DNA from: Camelus dromedarius
Lineage: Eukaryota
Assembly: GCF_036321535.1 (NCBI RefSeq)
Contig: NC_087436.1
Span: forward strand, 64,606,001-64,670,000
Direction: 5' to 3'
DNA length: 64,000 bases
In this document: positions 13,031 through 25,690 of the stretch, in pieces
Position numbering within the stretch: the first letter of the stretch is position 1
How the letters are laid out: the number at the start of each line of letters is the position of its first letter
Notes under the pieces: generated by a model
What the model saw: only the letters and a program-made list of their open reading frames with translations
Told to the model about the DNA's origin: nothing
Databases searched by the model: none
Made by a program: the position numbers and the translations under genes

Positions 13031-16000
13031 AGGAACAATTGTTGAAATTATACATAGAGGTAGAGATATTCATTCTATTTTTTTAAAAAATGGATATATA
13101 TATATATATGTTTAATACATACATACACAATTTTTGCTATGTAGTTATCAGTATTGACTTCTGAAGGTAGAAAACTCTGCTTTTTCTTTCTGTTCTACCC
13201 TTGGTACCCTGTCTGTCTTCCCAAACCATGGTTATTCTAGACTTCACCTTTTATAGAGCATCCTCTTGGTTCTCTCACCACCAGTCCCCACCAGAATTTT
13301 CTCTTACCTGGTCACCCTTCACTTATCTTTTAACTTTGAACTTATTTGTTACTTTCTGTTGCCTTCCCACCTAATTTCCAGGCACTTATTACCCCCATAC
13401 TATATTCCCACAACACCTCATATACATTTCTGTTATTATAATTGTATTGTTGAATTAATATTATCTACCTTTTTGCACCCCTTACTCTCCATACCAACTG
13501 GTAGAATGTGAGCTTCCTGAATGCAAGAGCTCTGCATAATATTTGTCTTTCCCTCCTTAGGAAATAATAAAAATCCAAATGATTGTTGAATGATTGATAA
13601 AGTATTACTACTGTTTCTTCAATTTTAAGAGAAAGGATCATACTGAATAATTAGTTATATCAATTTTTATTTAGCTTTAAAAACATACTTTTGCATTTGT
13701 ATTATAAACATTAGAGTAACTTATTGGTACTTTAGTTTTTTCTTACAACTTTCTAGTTGGTGAACAGTGAGTTCCAGAGTTCTTTTGTGGGATTAATTAG
13801 ATTTATTCTTCATAAATAAACACTTTTGAATGCTAAAATGCAGTTACTGTTTTTAAAATAACCACTAGTGATTTTCATATTTGAGTCATTGTTTTATAAC
13901 ACTACACTATCTGCTATTGACACATATATAGGCAGCATTAGTATCTTTTATGTTGAGAACAGTTATATTTTGACTTATTAGTCATCTACATTTTCAAATT
14001 TTCCATTACTTTACATAAAGAAAAAGTTAAAATTTTTGTATTAGGGGATTACATAGGCCTTCTTTTCCATTATCATGTCCCACCCCAATATTATAATAAT
14101 ATTGAAGACTGTTGGTACAATTACACAGAAAAGGAAATTGAATTACAATGTGAAAATACCAGTGCTATTTTTTTCCTGCTTCATAAATAATTTTGCTTTT
14201 CATAATGTTCCCTGATAAATGTGATGAAAGTCACTACTTGCATCTTTAGTTTTGAAGATAATGTGTTAAAGAATGACTATTACCTACTTCAGTAGATCTT
14301 AATCTTTTTTCAACAAGGCCCATTCAAGTGAATCAAAAGACTCCAGAGGTCCATGTGCTTTGACATTTTGTCATAGAAAAAGTATTATGCTGTAATAAAG
14401 ACATAGAAGAAAACAATACAGTAATAATGATAATAATAATAATAGTAATAAAACAATTAAACAAGAATGCAGTAGTTAACAAAGTGAAACAATAGTAATT
14501 TCATAAATACATTCATTATTATAAGAATAGCATAGATGGAAAACTACCACAAATGCAAGACACTATGAATGGTACACTGATTAAAAAAATATCCCTTTGG
14601 AAAATTATAGGAATTCCAGCTATCTGTATACTCACATACACAGGAATTTTAAAAGTTGCCAATCAATTGTGTAAGGTGTTCAGACTTATTGATGGAATAC
14701 TGAATTAGAATACTTCATGAATACCACCAGTATTTCACCAATTTGATTAATGAATGCTATGAATACTGATTACATAAATCATTAATCGATTTACTAGATT
14801 ACTAGTAAGTATCCCTAAATTGTACATAATAATTAAAATGTATGGATTATAATCACGTTTGTGTCACTCTGTGACCACTTAAAAGTACTTTCATGTTCCA
14901 TCAGTGGGGTCATGAATGCTACTTTGATCTACATTGACTGTTACATACTTTTTGATGAACCTTATAATGTATTCCATTTGGTTTTACAAGTATCTTAGGT
15001 TTGCAGCCCTGACCATATTTCACAAATTTATTAAACTTAGTGCAGATTTTTTTTTATTTTAAGAGTGTCTAAAAAGTACCAATTAACTATGTAATAATAC
15101 TTTATAACATATTCTTCTTGTAATATATTAATATTTTCTTCTTATAAAATTTAAACATTGCAGAAAAGGATTTTCCTTTTGATTTTCATCTTTCAGATTT
15201 TGTCCTGTGTGTTTAAATATATACACATATATAAACACATAAAATATTTATATATAATATTTATTTTTCATAGGTAGCATGTTTATATACTAAAGTTATG
15301 TATTTATTCTTCATAAATAGCATGCCTATATATTAGCATATATATAATTTTTATATCTGCATTTATTTTGACTCCACATGTTGAAGATTGATGTTAACAA
15401 CCTTGTTCTCCTTCATATTTTTAACTGTTCCATGATATTTATATATATTAACAGTTTTCCATAGTCATAACTCATTTTGTTTTCAGTTATAAGCAAGATG
15501 AAATGAACATCTTTTAACATTTCTTTTTTATATTTGTGAGATTATTTTTTATGGTTGATAGCATCAGAGAAATCTCTGCTTGTGCAGTCTTCACAGAGTT
15601 TAATAGCCACTGGTAATTTACTCTACATGGGCAGTATGCAAATATACACATCCAATAGTAGCTTATGATGGTAGTATACATTTTCACAAATTTTTGCAAA
15701 CACTTTATGTTACTAAACTTATTTTTATACTTTTGAATTAGGAGTTTTCTATATACATGAGATTATGATTGTTAACAATTTAGATTTCCTGTTGCTCCAA
15801 TTTATTCATTTGTTTCTTTAACATTCAGTCCTGCTATGAACATTTATTAAGCATCCCTGAGTAGATAGTGATAACCTGTTTGATTAAGAGTTTTTGTTGT
15901 GCCCCTTATAGCTTTCTGGATTTACATTAGGAAGATAATCTTACAAAGAGAAGACCTTTCTGTTTGTGATCCTGAGTCCTATACTGGATTGTGTTAAAAA

Positions 16001-16989
16001 CAGAAAAAAAGAGAAGAAAATAAAATAATTTTCTAAATAATGACTCTATTATATATTTAAGTAATAATAGGGCAGGCTAAAGTTTGGAAAGCATACCAAA
16101 CCAGTAACAGTCTCTGGGAAGTGAATATAGAGAGAGGCAAAAAAAAGAGGCATTCATTATTTTTGCATTGCGTACCCTATATCTGTACTGTGTAAATATG
16201 TTATATTTTAATTTATTAATTTGAAAATGGTATAAAACAAGATAACTTGAGAAATTACACTTACTTACTTTTTTTTTAAAGTTCCTCATGCCTTCCTTAC
16301 AAACTAATATATATATTCCCATCTTATTACCCAAATTTGTTCAAGTAATCATAGATATTAGCCTTTATTTCTTCTAATATCTTTGGAGTATTGACAATTT
16401 GAAAAAATTCTTGTAGAATGTACTTGAAAAATCAGCATGTAGTTTCAGAAAAGGGAAGTGCTAGAAACTAGTTTGCTCTCTAGTACACTGGGAGCAAAAT
16501 CTCTTATTTAGTTAGTAAGAAGATGAAGACCACTTTGAAAAGCAGGGATTTTATTTGGAATAAAATTTTTACAGAGTTCAGCAGCCAGTGAGCACTTAAT
16601 TAGGCATGATGGGAAATCTGTACTTGCCTCTGAGAACCTAGAATATCTTTGGGATTCACAACACAAATTCATCAACATCCAATTTAGAAACTCACAGAGA
16701 AGAATCATAGGGCAAACCTTAGACTTAGCCACTCAGATGAATAATTAAAGTAAGAACAATTTCTGTAAGTTAGATTCAAGAGGAGCTTCCTAAAGTCATG
16801 AATTTCAAATCAGGTATTGAAGAAAAATGATAGATTAGCAGGAAAACTTGGGGAATGTATACCAAGTGAAGAGGGAGTTTAATAACTTTCTTGCCTCAAT
16901 TATTATACGCAAAAACAATTACCCAAAGAGAGCAATAAAATTGCTTATTTAAGATCTCTTTCCTTTTTGTTCTGTTTTCAAAATTGTAG

Positions 16990-17175
16990 CTGAAATCTGG
17001 AGAGACAGCTGCCAATATTGCTAGAGAGCTGGCTGAACAGACAAGAAATCATTTGAATGCTGGAGACATCACTTATTCCGTCCGTGCCATGGATCAGCTG
17101 GTAGGCCTCCTAGATGTACAGCTGCGGAACTTGACCCCAGGTGGAAAAGATAGTGCTGCACGAAGTTTGAACAAG
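16990..17175 (+). CDS. ADGRL3: ADGRL3 coding exon: start of GAIN subdomain A
   Basis: Borders ttgtag|CTG and AAG|gtaagg; 186 nt, phase 0-0. Encodes LKSGETAANIARELAEQTRNHLNAGDITYSVRAMDQLVGLLDVQLRNLTPGGKDSAARSLNK. Confidence 0.97.
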
Positions 17176-20067
17176 GTAAGGACCTTGGTGACATGTATCT
17201 TTAAAAGTGTAGTAAAATCAGTGAGACTTCCCTGTTTAATTTCTCTCTATAAAATCAGATCGTTCAAGAGAATTGCTAGCTATATTTAGTTCACTTCACT
17301 ATTTCATTATAATAATGACCTTACTTGGCTTTCAATCTAAAGAACAATAGATGATAACCTCTCTATATATATTTTGAATTTACAATTCTGTTTCCCCATA
17401 GTACTCTTCTTTTGTACGCTAAATTCTGACACGATTAATATAAATGGCATTTCCTTGATTTCTTTTTTTTTCCTTTCAAACCTTTATATTAATGTAATTA
17501 ACAATAAAACAAATAACTAATCAATAAGAAATTTAGAAAATGGCAACAGTTAGTAGGAATATTAATAATACATTACAGATTTTTAAAAATAATTTAACCT
17601 TATTAATATTACCTTTAAAAACTCACAGAGCAAGTATTTAAGTTTTTACTTTTATTTCCTTTTGCTTTTTAAATTACTGATTTTATATTACTACCATTAT
17701 AACTTAAAAGGTTTAAATGTGATTCAGCAACTTTGTATTGTAAGTAATAAAAATAATTTATTTTTAAAATTTTAGGAGATTTTATGTATTTTATTTATAT
17801 TTATAAATCTACAATATATATTTTTATACAATATATATTCATATATAAGCATTTTATATGTATATTGTATATAACCTATATACATTCAACCATTTTATTT
17901 TACATAAGCATGTAAAATATGTTTTGTGTATTTATAAGGAATATCATTTATTTATGTAACAAAATACCACATGGTGAAAAGATATTAGAATTGCTGCCAT
18001 CAGATAACATGTATTCCCTGAATGGCGTTTTTGTAGTCAAGATGATCTGTTACTGAAACGAGATTTTAAGTTTCAATACTTAATACCTTGAATATCGATG
18101 ATAGTCTAACTACTTAAAAAAGGAAGAATTTGACTGTGACAGACTAATGTATGGAATTCACTAAATGAACATTCCTCTTTAGAATGAAAGAAATGACTTT
18201 GCAGAGTGATCTTTATTATGTTTATTTCTTTTCTGTCTTATTAGACTGAAAGTCTCACTCATGAAGATGGAGACATTATTAAAACAATGATAGTTTTATA
18301 TTCAAAAGCTAGATATTTTATCTGGCAGTTTTTCCTGCAATTTCCTCCTCAAAAAAATAGATTCAGTTTTATCAATTAGATATAAATTATTACCAAAGCT
18401 TTTATCCTGCTGAGCATAAAGGAGCTATTTTTATCACTCATATCACTGATAGAATCTCAACCAAACCCCTGACAGAATATAATCCACAGCTGCCTATGTA
18501 ATCTGGGCATGCTGTGATTTTAATGTGGTATTGCCAGGCTGACTGGATGCTATTAATGAATATTGCTGCCAGCTATTGTTATTACAATGTATTGGAAGTA
18601 GTAATTTCTATAATGTTACATATCCATAACATTACTTGTTATAGCAATACTGTGTATCTTTATTTAAAAATGGTGTTGATGATGGTGTTGATGTCTGACA
18701 ATATCAGGTAATGCTGGCGATTAATGTCACATTCTAACTGGCTACAGCTAATCAGCTTGCCTACTCTGAATATCAAATAACTAAGTAATGGGCAGATTTC
18801 CATTTTTGAAGCTTTTTAATGCTCTCTTTTGTTTCTTATTTGGCTCTTTTCAATTGTTTATGTAATGTGGTTTGTCATATGTTAATTTGCATGATGGGGT
18901 AAGGAGATGGGAGGGCAAAGGTTATTCACATGCTTGCTGGCTTGTTCTCATTTCCTGTGGTTCACACTGTTCCCAAAAGCAGTTATAGCCCATCAGATAT
19001 GCAAAGTCAACTTGGTACAAATCAATTGCGCTCCACGTTGAAATTCTGGAGGGTTTAGAGACCTGCCAAACCATGATGCGAGTCAGTGATCCAAATGACA
19101 GAGCTGGCAATTTACTTGCACTCATTCCTCACTTAATTCTTTAGAGGAGTAACTGCTCTATGCTCTTTGAAGAATGCATGAATTAAAGTTGGGAGAGTAT
19201 TAGCCACACAAAAGGCATCAGAGTAACTGCTTCTTAAAACAGGGTAATTTTCTCCTTCAACAATCAAGGCTACTGAAGGCAAAAAATAGGGAAGAGGAGG
19301 GAAACTACAATCTAATTTATAAAATTTGCAGTCATTTATTTAAACAGAGCAAATACATGTTAATTATTCATTTTAATCACTAGAAAAAAAATGTTTGGGA
19401 CTGAATGTGAGTTGCTGTTAACCTTTTGCCCTGAAAAACATTGTTCTGTTTGCAAACAAACACACCAAAACAGGCTTTTTATCCCACAAAAATTTCTAAA
19501 AAGTATAGATTTTTTTGGTTAAAACCATCAAAAGAAATTCTTCAAGAAATAAAACAGATAAATCAGAAGATTGATCACATTCTTTGAATCAGGAGTTGCT
19601 TATCTCTTGGTATTTGTCCCTTGAATCAAATAGTCAAACTAGTGGGCATTTCTATTTTTCTCAATGCACAAAAGTTTCTTGTATGTGTAAACAAACGGTT
19701 TGTGGTTCATATTAAGCATGTATATAATCTGTAAACCACAGACAGTGTACTATCTTTGAAAAACGAGTTCTGAATTTTTGACATAATTTACTTCATACAT
19801 CTTCATTTGTGGCCCATGAATTAATAACTAACCTCATGTGAAATGAATCATGTCAAATGAATGAAGTACATTGATTTCTACTAATTTCTGCTAAATTTAT
19901 TTCAAGATTTCGTTCCATCATTAACAGCTTTGTACCATCCAGTTGTCACTTGGGTTCTAAACAGGCGTTGGTTACTATTTTTCGAGCCGTTGCTGATGTT
20001 TTGCTGCTGCTTAGCCTTTCATTCTCTTCTAGAAAGTAGTGCACAACAAAGTAAGGTGTTTGTGTAG

Positions 20068-20153
20068 ATGTGTTCTTTTATTTTTCTTGTTTTCTCCTGT
20101 CACTAACTTGTTTTTTCTATTCTGTGTTTAATCTGCTGTCTTAATGGATTCAG
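20068..20153 (+). promoter_or_regulatory. Branch point, pyrimidine tract and AG-free zone of the 39-nt exon
   Basis: CACTAAC at 20101-20107. No AG between 20068 and 20151. TGC at 20134-20136. Confidence 0.75.
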
Positions 20154-20192
20154 CTTCAGAAAAGAGAGCGCTCTTGCAGAGCCTATGTCCAG
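20154..20192 (+). CDS. ADGRL3: ADGRL3 39-nt cassette exon (13 aa) in the GAIN domain
   Basis: Borders ttcag|CTT and CAG|gtactt; phase 0-0. Encodes LQKRERSCRAYVQ, the segment between SLNK and AMVETV in latrophilin-3. Confidence 0.95.
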
Positions 20193-20889
20193 GTACTTTC
20201 TGCGTTTTTATCAATGTGATAAGTTGTTGAATTGTCTCTGTTGGTGATACGGGCATCTGATAGAGAGATGATAATGTACCCTGTTGAACTAGAAGAGTTT
20301 CAGGGAGGGTACGGAGGGTGGGGATGGAAAGACATATGAAAGGGTGTGTGCTAAAAAGAAATTTGACAGTGCCAGTGTTCTGTCACCCAAAAGGAACACA
20401 GATTAACAAGGAGGTGCACCTTGGGGTGTGAGAATTCTGGTCATCACTGAAAGGTGAGTTGGGTATAATATATAAATCTCTAATTTCTTCAGAGAGATGG
20501 GTATGGATACATTTCATTCATATATTGGTCTAGCTGATATTTGAATAGTACATCATCCAGAAATGACACTCAGAGTCATATAAGACAACATATAGTCCAG
20601 GGTACTTGAAATATCATGCTTCTGTCAAATTGATCAGGACATGCTATGATGATCTTTCTCTTCCACTCATTATAAATACATGAATCCCAATGTAAATATA
20701 ACTTTTCTCCAGTTAACATGTTGTAGTTTGTTTCTAAGCAAGGTAGAAAACATTTCTATGTTTATGGGTTCTTTGTGAAAAAGAATCCCAGAAGCAAGCT
20801 TCATAATTTTTTTTTACAAGAAGGGAAAGAAGGTAGGAAGGGAGAGGAGGGAGGAGAGGACAGGAAAAAAGGAAGGGACAGATGACAAA

Positions 20890-21241
20890 ATGATTTAGTA
20901 ATGACTTTGATGTGCTTTACTCAAGGGAAAACCATCCATGGACTGGGGGAATACAGTGCCTCACCATCAGTGGAGCACTCTTCCTGACGGATGTTGGGCA
21001 AGAGAGAGTTTTATAGACACAACTTGGAAGCAGGGCACACTTGGCTAGGAGGTTGGGGATTTCCTTAGAAGGCAGGCAGGTCCTGTGTTCTAGGGTAAGT
21101 TGAGCTACCTAAACTGAGTTGGAGGATTGTGATTGGTGTGTTAGGTACCCACGACAGGCACTTCCCGTACGTGCAGGTTTAGATTTGTGATATGGGTCAG
21201 GCCACTGGAGTGGCCTCCATTTCTGTGGGTCCCAATATACA
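20890..21241 (-). mobile_element. Probable solo LTR, antisense to ADGRL3; left boundary uncertain
   Basis: GC-richer island. On the minus strand it starts TGTA and has CCAATC (21131-21136), CTATAAAA (21009-21016) and AGTAAA (20916-20921) in LTR order. Confidence 0.5.
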
Positions 21242-22924
21242 AATTAACTTTATCAGAAGGAAGAAATAACATGAAACCGTGTGACTGTAAACTTTATTCC
21301 CTCTGTGTGTATATCATGGCATTTTTAAAGGTGAAGGCCAACTGTGTTTGTGAAGGGAGATGCCCTCAACGTCCCAGGTTACTGGTTCCCAAATTAGTAG
21401 TCCAGAAATTAAACTGTATCAGTTTATTCACAATAAGGGCATTTAGTGAGACAGTCATTTAAGAGGAAAAAAAATTTGAACATTAAACAAATATTAGGAA
21501 GAAAAGCTTTTAGTTTGCTTTTTACTTTAAAAGATAATGGTTCTTTGTATATAAGAAGCTGTTCAGGCTTATTTTTCTAAGATTTCAGGAAAGAAATTGC
21601 TTTGGGAAGTTTATGTATATATGTTGCATAATGTGTGCAACAGATATACAAATTGAAGTATTCTCCAGCATTGAAAGCTGAGGATCATTTTGGAGCAATA
21701 TTAGGGTTGCTTTTGATTACAATCTATGCTATCTCTTGAATGGAGCCTTGGAGACAATTAGCCTTTCAGTATTTAAATCTATGAAATGCATGGTCATTCA
21801 AACATGAATCTCTGATGAGAAATTAATAGCACAGTTTATTCAATGGCTGATCTCCTGGTGTTATAATTGACTGGCTATGAATAAATATTTCAGCTATTGA
21901 CTAAACATCTGATAAGACCAAATACAAACAGAACATTGGTGAAGCAGAAATACTCTGCTCACTAATATGTGACATTATTTCTGTTCCTTTTAATGTAGAG
22001 CATTATTCTGTGAAATTTTAGAGTGAATAATACCTTAAAATTTAGTCTCTTTCAGTTTTAAAGATTTATGTTCCCTATTATTACTATGTTCAGAGCACAT
22101 TCTGAGCTACCTATGAAATATATATGAAATACACTTGAAATGCTATCTGCATTAAATTTGAAACAAGATAATTATTTAGTTATCTTGAAATTCTTAAACA
22201 AAAAATTTCCTTCCCATGGGCATAAGCAATGATTTTCTTATGTTTGATTTTGACCATCTAAATACATTAGCTTTTAATTATTTAAAAGTACAGTGTCTGT
22301 CTTATGAATTACCTAGATCCATTTTTTACTTCTTGCTTCCCACCTTTTGCTTATTTCACCAAAAACAACCCAAAAAACAAACAAGCAAAACCAGTGAAAT
22401 CTGGACTGTCAGTAGTCAGCTGTGATAATTGATCTGTAGGTGAACAATTAAGATAGTTGCTTTGAATATTTAAATAATACATGAATCTCCTAAAAGTATG
22501 CTTTTGTCTCAAGAATTTTAATAAAAACAAACAAAAAAATGGGTCCTTATATTTTATTTTTCTTTATTTAGTTTGAAATTTTTACACTAAAATCCTCGTT
22601 GACTATTAAAAGGTAGAAATTGACATATGCCTTGGTAAAAATATCATGATCATATCTTGGGCATAATATATACCTTCATTTAGAAGAAGGTTTTAAGTTT
22701 TGTGCCAGAGAACATAAGGTTTGTGTTACATACGCATATTATGTAACTATTGTGATGGAATATTTCCAGCAGGGACGTTGGAGATGAAGATGAGTTCGTT
22801 GAGATCTGGAAAAAATGAAATGAGTTGCTCAAGGTCACATAACTAGCACCGATGGCACTCATGCTGCTATCCTAATGTGCATCCAGTGCTTCTTCAATAC
22901 CATGACTAAGAATAACACTGATTT

Positions 22925-23150
22925 ATTATTAGGAATAAGTACATGTATTAGGCACTGTTGCCATCACTGTGCAGAGCATTCTGTATAAATCCTCCTAACA
23001 ACTCGGTGACATAACTAATGCTATTCTTAAGTTATAGTAGAGAAAATGGGGCAGAGGAAGGATTAAATGACTTTCTCAGAGTTATTCATATAGTAGTAAT
23101 TAGGGGGCTCCTCAGTTACTAGGTCTTCCCAATTCAGGAGCTCATGCTCC
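22925..23150 (-). mobile_element. MIR SINE
   Basis: aggcactgt...aatcctcctaacaactc...gaggaaggattaaatgactttctcagagtt. A further MIR-like piece lies at ~22810-22900. Confidence 0.5.
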
Positions 23151-23461
23151 CATTTGCCAAAATACTGCGATTGCAGAGCTGACCTCATTATTTGATGTTA
23201 GCAATCAAGATATATCATTTGGTCTATTTTTATTGATTTATTGTACTGTATTTCAGGAATGGCATAGAGTAAAACAATTTTTTTAATTTCTCTTTTTTTT
23301 TGAGATGGAGTTCAAATGGCTGTGTGGTGATTATTTTGTACTGCTATATTCAGGTCAAATACAAACATAATTTGCATTGAGGTCCTTTGGTTTTCAGAGA
23401 AGACTGCGATTAAAAAAAAATCATATTGAGAGAAAAAGAAAACAAAAAATAGTCTAACTCT

Positions 23462-23635
23462 GTGTTAAAGGAGGAACTATCAAACTGTTTTCCAAAGTGG
23501 CCACACCATCTTACATTTCCACCAGTGATAATGAGGACTCTAGTTTCTCCACATCCACAGCAACACTTGCTATTTTCGCTTTTTTTTTTAACATTTTTTA
23601 CTGATTTATAATCTTTGCTTTTTGATTATAACCGC
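23462..23635 (-). mobile_element. Old L1 ORF2 fragment hosting a ~34-bp young L1 tail
   Basis: aaactgttttccaaagtggc...acatttccaccag...tttctccacatcc...caacacttg is the typical antisense L1 ORF2 end. Confidence 0.7.
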
Positions 23636-24519
23636 ACCTGTGAATTGCACAAGTCCTTAACTGGTTGTGGTATGGGGGCAGGGGAGGATTTGGGAGGGTA
23701 ATCCATGAACCAGTAAAACTCATAGGCTCCAAAGGGAAGTCTGTGGTTTTCATGAGAATCTGAGAGTAGAGTAGGACCTCAAACAGCTTAAGAACAACTG
23801 TCTTCATGTTCTGTAAATGTAACCAGAACTTAGATTTGCATTTTCTGCTCATTTTTCAATCTCAAGTTCCCATTTTTTAAATAGTAATGTTTGTTAGCAT
23901 TGTTCTCTTCTTTAGCAGGAACTACTGAAATTACTGGCATTTTTTTTTTCTGCTTTAAAAGTAGGACATTATCCTAGTTAAGAAATATATTTTGATTTAA
24001 TGAGCAGTTTCTTTTGTTCTCCAAATCTCAGAGATGGCATGGGCTCCCTAGAGAGTCCGCAGTTGATCTTGCTTAATGGGAAATATAAGTACATAGAGTT
24101 ATTGATATGAATCTTTTCAGTCATTCTTTGAATTTTTGTGGAATAGTAAGCTATTATCTGCATAGTCAGTTGAAGACTGATCAGAAAAAAATTTGTAAAT
24201 AAATGCGAATTTTTAAAAAATACACACATATACACATATGCCTGGTTTCCTCCCTTCTTCCCATCTTTCCTTCCATTTTTCTTTTCTTTTTATTTAAAGG
24301 CAACTGTTCTGTTGTTCTTTAAAGCTTATGAAGTATTTGAAACAAGCCCTCTTTTTATTTCAATTTCGATGCTTGTTTTATTTTACTTACTTATTTTGTT
24401 TGCTTGTGTTACCTTAATTATCCACTAGAAATCTGTTCCTAGGTACCATCAGTGTAAAAGCAATCTCTGTCTTCAACTAGAAAAAACATCACATAATAGT
24501 TAACAACAAAAATATTCAA

Positions 24520-25690
24520 AAATTACTAGTTGAGTACACGTGTCCAGTAATCTTATCAGTACTGGGAATATAGCAGTGTACATAACAGGCCAGAATCCCC
24601 ACTGTCTCTCCTAGGATGAAATTTCTTGCAGCAGAAAAAAAACAGTCCCGTAAGTGTGTGAGATATGTGGTATATGAGATGATGATAAATGTTATGGAGA
24701 AAAATAAAGCAAGAAATGCATTACTAGGGTGATATTTGAGAAAAACTCTGAAGGAGTGAACTGTGCAGATATGCAGGGAAAAGCATTCCAGCAGAGAAAA
24801 CAGAAAGTTTCTGAGGTGGAAATATGCCTTTGTTGTTCAGGAAGCCAATGCACCTGGAGCAGAATGAAAGAGAAGAGGGCGATAGGAAATGAATCCACCG
24901 GGCAGCAAGGACCCAGATCTGATAGACCATTGTAAAGACTTTGGCTTTTATTCATAGACACACAGGAAAGCACTGCAGGTTTCTGAGCAGAGGGATTACA
25001 TGATCTGATATGGTTTTAAAGTGATGAATAGATTATAGCAGGAAAAGCAAGAGCTGAAACAGGGTGATCATTTGGGCAATAATGGTCACTTGGAACAAGA
25101 TATGAGCACAGGATACTGAGATAATTCTTCAGGTTCAGGACTATTTTTAATGGAACAAACAAGATTTGCTAAGGGTTTGCATGTGAAGTGTCAGAGAAAG
25201 AGAGGACTTGAAACGACACAAAGTGTTTTGCCTGAGCAACTGGAAGGATGATGCCACCATTTACTGAGATGGTCTATCTGTGACCAGTTGGGGAGGGAGC
25301 ACAACAAGAACTTGGCTTGGGGCATGTGAAGTTTGAGTTTCTTATTAGGTATACAATATCAATGTTAAATATGTAGTTAGATGTAGTTAGTTGAAATTCA
25401 GCTGAGAGGTCAAGCTAGAAATAAATATGTGGTAATGTTTCCCTTAGAGTGGCATTTAGTAGTCATTGTACTAGATGAATTCATCAAGGGAATGAGTGTG
25501 GAGAGAGAAGAGAATCTAGGGCTGACCCCAGGACACTGTAGTCTCATGAGGTCAGGGAGAGGAATGAGAGCCAACAGTAGAGACTACAGAGCAGCCTTAA
25601 GAAAGGATGACCTAGAGAGTATGGCATCCAGGACTCAACTCAAGTTCTTCTTTCACAGAGGAGGAAGTGACTTCAAGTGCTGCTGAATCT
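24520..25690 (-). mobile_element. LINE-2 fragment
   Basis: gcctgagcaactggaaggatg, ccatttactgagatgg, ccattgtaaagactttggctttta and actgggaatatagcagtg are typical antisense L2 motifs. Confidence 0.7.
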
